From: Chloroflexota bacterium
GTDB taxonomy: Bacteria > Chloroflexota > Dehalococcoidia > Lucifugimonadales > Lucifugimonadaceae
Length of the DNA: 11,343 nt
Direction of reading: 5' to 3'
Assembly: GCA_002719295.1 (NCBI GenBank)
Contig: PBHC01000010.1
Location: 1-11,343, forward strand
In this document: positions 7,507 through 11,343 of the stretch, in pieces
How positions within the stretch are numbered: position 1 is the first letter of the stretch
Layout of the letters: each line of letters begins with the position of its first letter
Notes under the pieces: model-generated
What the model was told of the DNA's origin: nothing
The model's input: only the letters and a program-made list of their open reading frames with translations
Databases searched by the model: none
Position numbers and translations under genes: made by a program

Positions 7507-8529
7507 TTATATTGTATTTAAATCTTTTTTAATTGCAGATGACAAAGTATTCAATCTGTATCTATTTAATTCACTAGAAAGGAGAAGGTTATTTAATATT
7601 GAAACAGAAATATTTTTTTCTATTGATGCCCAACCTATACATGAAACTAATCCTGTGTGCCCAAAAGACATTTCTGGTTTTTCAGTTTCTTTTTCAAAGT
7701 ATATTTCACTATCAAAACGTATTCCTAATCCTAATTTCACATCTCTCATATTATCGTTGTAATCTATTCCTTGAGCATAAATTTTTAGTATTTGATTTTT
7801 TGTTTTTTTGCTAATCCAATTATCATTATTAATTATTTCGTTATAGAACATTGCAAGATCATTACTATTAGAGATACATGTTCCTGAAATAAGCGGGATA
7901 TTATTGAGTCCAAATAATTTAAATATCATTGGTATTGTATTTAGGTTTGAAGATTCGTGTCTGTGAATTTCTTGAGGAAGATTTTTAGTATCTTCTGTCA
8001 TAAATTTCATTCTAGATAAATTTAAAGGAACTTTAACTAATTCAGTAAAATTTTCCTGAAAAGATTTATTTGTAACCCTTTCAATTAATTCTCCTAAGAT
8101 CCATCCGTAAGTTACTTCGTGATAAGCTATTCTTTCACCAGGCTTTGTTTCAGGGTTATAATTTTCTAACCATCTGCTAATTCTATTTAAATCAGTGTAA
8201 TCTTCATCTGGTAGATTATTTGATAATGAAACCCCTGAAGTATGATTTAGTACATGTTTTATTTTTATCGCTTTCTTATTTTTTTTCCCGAATTCTGGCC
8301 AATAATTTGATATGGGATCTTCAAAATCTAATTTTCCTAAATCATATAATTTCCAAATTACAGCAGCTACAATTGGTTTTCCTGCAGAAAAAATAAAAAA
8401 GGAGTTATTATTTTCAAATTTTTTAAATTCATTTATTTTTTTATTTTTTTCGTAAACAGATAGTGAAAAATTTTTTAATAAACCTTCTTTTTTTAACTTT
8501 TCAACTGCAGAATCAGTAAAATTCTTCAT
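7507..8529 (-). CDS. Serine hydrolase, beta-lactamase class C / family VIII esterase fold, cytoplasmic
   Basis: FSAGKP (SxxK), DPISNYWPEF, LNHTSG, PGERIAYHE, FGHTG; no signal peptide. Start moved from 8574 to the ATG at 8529, which sits 1 nt after the larA stop and avoids an overlap. Confidence 0.85.
   Translation of the reverse strand: MKNFTDSAVEKLKKEGLLKNFSLSVYEKNKKINEFKKFENNNSFFIFSAGKPIVAAVIWKLYDLGKLDFEDPISNYWPEFGKKNKKAIKIKHVLNHTSGVSLSNNLPDEDYTDLNRISRWLENYNPETKPGERIAYHEVTYGWILGELIERVTNKSFQENFTELVKVPLNLSRMKFMTEDTKNLPQEIHRHESSNLNTIPMIFKLFGLNNIPLISGTCISNSNDLAMFYNEIINNDNWISKKTKNQILKIYAQGIDYNDNMRDVKLGLGIRFDSEIYFEKETEKPEMSFGHTGLVSCIGWASIEKNISVSILNNLLLSSELNRYRLNTLSSAIKKDLNTI
7511..7516 (-). promoter_or_regulatory. 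Putative -10 element of a leaderless protease transcript
   Basis: Minus strand reads TACAAT-ataaat-ATG, embedded in the last codons of the upstream gene, with no Shine-Dalgarno site. Confidence 0.4.
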
Positions 8530-8530
8530 T

Positions 8531-9787
8531 CTAAACTTTATAAGGAATAGTTTGAGGCCCCTCTGGAAGAACACAAATTGAAGGATTTTTTATTCGTGTC
8601 TTTAATTCTTCTATTATCTCTTCAATGCTTTTTATTTTTATTAGATGAGATTTACTTACATCTTTTTCATTTAGTTTTGAATAGAGCATCACATTGTTGT
8701 TTTCTTGAATTTGTGCTTGGACCTGAACCTGCCATTGGTCTGGTTCTAAATATGTTTGATCTTTTAATTTTAAAAGGTATTCTGCTGGAGTATTAACTGA
8801 TTCTAAAAGTTTTTCATAATTGCTTTTGAAAGGAATTCCATCTGAACATTCTGAAACGCTAATAATTATTCCTCCAGGTTTTGTTATTTGCGCTGCAGCT
8901 GAAACCCCTTTGATAGTTTGATATAAGTTTTGATCTAATGGATATCCAGAGTTTGATGTAATTACTAGGTCATACAATTTAGTGGTTTTTTGCATTGAAT
9001 CCTTTTTCACATCTTTACAAGCAATTCCATGTTCAGAAAAAAGTTCTCCGGAATATATGCCTGTAATTTTATTTTCTCTATTAAGGGTTAAATCTATTGA
9101 AAAATCTGGCTTATTCAATAATGATATTTCTGAAATTTGTTTATGAATAGGGTTGTCTTCAATTAACCCCCAAGTTGAATTTTTATTATTTATTTTGTCA
9201 TAATCATGTAAATTCATAATAGTTTCTAAACCTGCAAGTCCAGGAGCAACCATTTTAGGACCACCAGAAAATCCGGCAAAAAAATGTGGTTCAACAAATC
9301 CAGTTGTAATTTTAAGGTCGCATTTTGTCCATTCTTTATTTAATTCAATAGGAATTTTTTCTGAAGTTTTTCCCATATACTTTAGGTTTGAAGGGTCCTC
9401 TGAATTATGATTGATAATAGTTGTGTTAGAAATAACAAAATCATTAAACATTTCATTTATTTCTTTTTGAGAAGTAGGTCTATGACTACCTGTTGCAATA
9501 AATATAAGAAAGTTTTCTTTTTTTATTCCCTCAAACAAATTTAATATAGAAGTTATAATTTCATTTCTAGGTTGAGCTCTTGTATGGTCGCAAACTGATA
9601 TGCCTACAGTCATTCCTTCTTTATATAGTGACAACAATGAATCAGAATTAATTGGATTTAGTAATGATTTAGTAATACTGCTATTGGGTTCTAAAATTTC
9701 ATTTTTGTGGTTTGGAATTAGCACATCTGAGTTGTCAGGGACTGTAATCTCCATGCCATCTTTTCCATAATCCATCTTAATTTTCAT
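8531..9787 (-). CDS. larA: Nickel-pincer-dependent lactate racemase family protein
   Basis: MKIKMDYG, DHTRAQP, ATGSHR, EPHFFAGFSGGPKMVAPG, MNLH, GYPLDQNLYQTIKG, DQW. AGGAG Shine-Dalgarno at 9793-9797. Confidence 0.92.
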   Translation of the reverse strand: MKIKMDYGKDGMEITVPDNSDVLIPNHKNEILEPNSSITKSLLNPINSDSLLSLYKEGMTVGISVCDHTRAQPRNEIITSILNLFEGIKKENFLIFIATGSHRPTSQKEINEMFNDFVISNTTIINHNSEDPSNLKYMGKTSEKIPIELNKEWTKCDLKITTGFVEPHFFAGFSGGPKMVAPGLAGLETIMNLHDYDKINNKNSTWGLIEDNPIHKQISEISLLNKPDFSIDLTLNRENKITGIYSGELFSEHGIACKDVKKDSMQKTTKLYDLVITSNSGYPLDQNLYQTIKGVSAAAQITKPGGIIISVSECSDGIPFKSNYEKLLESVNTPAEYLLKLKDQTYLEPDQWQVQVQAQIQENNNVMLYSKLNEKDVSKSHLIKIKSIEEIIEELKTRIKNPSICVLPEGPQTIPYKV

Positions 9788-10142
9788 TTTTACTCCTAGA
9801 AATAATTACTCCAACATTTTTGGTAAGCCTTAAAGCTCCTGGTTTGTCTATTTTGATAATAGCATTAATAACTTTTTCTTCTCTCAAGCATAATTCTGCA
9901 ATTTCTATTCCTAGAGTTTCAATTAACTGATATTCAGATTCTTCAATGAGTTTATTTATTTTATAAGTGAGTGATTTATAATCAACTGTACTATTAATGT
10001 CATCAGTAATTTTTTCAATTTTCTTGATATCTAAAGTTATATTAATCACTAAAGGTTGTTTAGTTTCTCTTTCCCAATCAAAAATCCCTATTTTTGCATA
10101 GCATTTTAAGTCCTCTATAAAAATTTGATCAAAATTATTCAT
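9777..10142 (-). CDS. folB: Dihydroneopterin aldolase / epimerase (FolB/FolX family)
   Basis: DQIFIEDL, IGIFDWER, VDY, LIETL, KPGA, VGVIISR; 121 aa; sits next to folE. FolB versus FolX activity is uncertain. Confidence 0.85.
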   Translation of the reverse strand: MNNFDQIFIEDLKCYAKIGIFDWERETKQPLVINITLDIKKIEKITDDINSTVDYKSLTYKINKLIEESEYQLIETLGIEIAELCLREEKVINAIIKIDKPGALRLTKNVGVIISRSKNEN

Positions 10143-10856
10143 TTAATATACATGCCTTCCACCATCTAAAAAGATTCTTTCCCCTGTAATAAAATCATTA
10201 TTTATTAGCATTTCAATGCAACTTGTAACTTCTTCTATTTTTGCCGTTCTACCTATTGGCCCTAAATTTATTTTTTCTGTTTTTCGGTTTGGAGAATCTG
10301 CTGGTGGCAATATTGCTCCTAAAGCTATTTCATTTACTTGATAGCTTGGTGCCATTGACAGTGACAAAGACTTAGTTAATCCATATATGGCAGCTTTACT
10401 AACACCATATGAAAACCTATTTGTTCTAGCTGTCTTCCAGTCACTTATATTTATAATTTTCCCTTTTTTATCTTTTTTAAAAATTGTTTTTGAAAGAACA
10501 AAAGGGGCAATTAAGTTTACAAATAAATCCTCTTCAATTTCTTCAGAAGAAGTATTTTCTAAAGTATTTTTCTTAAAAGTTGAGGCATTATTGATCAATA
10601 TATCAATTTTTCCAATTTTATTTTCTGCATCTTTAATTAGCTCTATACAATTATCTTCATTAGAAAGATCTGATTGAATTATTGATGCATTTACTTTATT
10701 TTTTTTTACTTCTTGTAGAGTCTCGCTTGCATTTGATTGAGATGTATTATAATGAATTGCAATATTTGATCCTAACTCAGATAATCGAATTGCAATTCCT
10801 TTACCTATTCTATTTGCAGCACCTGTAACTAGGACATTTTTATTTTCAAGATTCAA
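10143..10856 (-). CDS. Pteridine reductase-like short-chain dehydrogenase (FolM/PTR1 type)
   Basis: TGAANRIG (Arg-containing Rossmann variant of pteridine reductases), IHYNTS, LINNAS, INISD, YGVSK, FITGE..LDGG; located between folE and folB. TTG start. Confidence 0.8.
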   Translation of the reverse strand: MNLENKNVLVTGAANRIGKGIAIRLSELGSNIAIHYNTSQSNASETLQEVKKNKVNASIIQSDLSNEDNCIELIKDAENKIGKIDILINNASTFKKNTLENTSSEEIEEDLFVNLIAPFVLSKTIFKKDKKGKIINISDWKTARTNRFSYGVSKAAIYGLTKSLSLSMAPSYQVNEIALGAILPPADSPNRKTEKINLGPIGRTAKIEEVTSCIEMLINNDFITGERIFLDGGRHVY

Positions 10857-10863
10857 AATATAC

Positions 10864-11343
10864 CTACTTTATAAGATCAAAAAATTCTTTTCTTGTTGCA
10901 TCATCTGACTTAAATGAACCAAAAAGAGAACTAGTGACCATTTCAGTTTCGGGTAAATTTACACCTCTCATACTGCTGCACATATGTTGAGCTGTTATTA
11001 CAACCCCAGCTCCCAATGCTCTCGTATTATTATAAATAGCTTCACCTATTTCTTCTGTTAGTCTTTCTTGAACTTGAAGTCTTCTTGAGAATATCTTTGT
11101 AATCCTTGGTATTTTTGATAATCCTATTATTTTGTCATCAGGTAGGTACCCAATATCAATTTTTCCAAAAAATGGTAACATATGGTGTTCGCAAAGAGAG
11201 TAGAATCTAATGTTTTTTACTATTATGATTTCATCGTAATTTACATCAAACAATGCATTGTTTATCACTTTTTTTATATCTGCCGAATATCCTGAAAGAA
11301 GCTCCTCATATGCTTTTGCAACTCTTTTTGGGGTATCTTTAGT
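10864..11343 (-). CDS. folE: GTP cyclohydrolase I (type IA), 5' end outside the window
   Basis: The frame is open to the edge: TKDTPKRVAKAYEELLSGY...SLCEHHMLPF...GLSKIPR...RLQVQERLT...HMCSSMRGV. The GTG at 11268 given in the ORF track is internal. Confidence 0.96.
   Translation of the reverse strand, partial: TKDTPKRVAKAYEELLSGYSADIKKVINNALFDVNYDEIIIVKNIRFYSLCEHHMLPFFGKIDIGYLPDDKIIGLSKIPRITKIFSRRLQVQERLTEEIGEAIYNNTRALGAGVVITAQHMCSSMRGVNLPETEMVTSSLFGSFKSDDATRKEFFDLIK

Noticed and set aside
7507..8529. Antibiotic-resistance beta-lactamase call
   Set aside because: No signal peptide, and YHE/HTG instead of the YxN/KTG of class C beta-lactamases; more like an esterase.
8530..8574. ORF-track N-terminal extension of the serine hydrolase
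   Set aside because: Overlaps the conserved larA C-terminus; the ATG at 8529 is a better start.
6914..10677. Small plus-strand ORFs 6914-7192, 7599-7814, 8578-8796 and 10387-10677
   Set aside because: Antisense to well-supported genes, with no independent evidence.

Overview
Very AT-rich, tightly packed bacterial chromosomal region with no mobile element, rRNA, tRNA or CRISPR array that I can see. Protein style (PTATPQ-repeat lipoprotein, ETF type) suggests a streamlined Chloroflexota/Dehalococcoidia (SAR202-like) genome, but this is inference. Minus strand, left: the 5' half of a ZnuA-type metal-binding lipoprotein with a His/Asp/Glu repeat loop (missing from the ORF track), preceded by two Fur/Zur-like boxes, and rsmG. 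Plus strand: etfB-etfA, an uncharacterised HExxH metallopeptidase-like gene, hflK-hflC. Minus strand, right, read from the right edge: folE (truncated), FolM/PTR1-like pteridine reductase, FolB/FolX-family gene, larA-type Ni-pincer racemase, beta-lactamase-family serine hydrolase, PDZ-less trypsin-like lipoprotein. Main points for follow-up: (1) a pterin module apparently translationally coupled to larA and a serine hydrolase; (2) three genes without a Shine-Dalgarno site share an exact TANAAT-N6-ATG leaderless geometry; (3) hflKC is flanked by two putative exported proteases; (4) RsmG has lost its conserved HxxDS motif. No clearly novel system can be proven from sequence alone.
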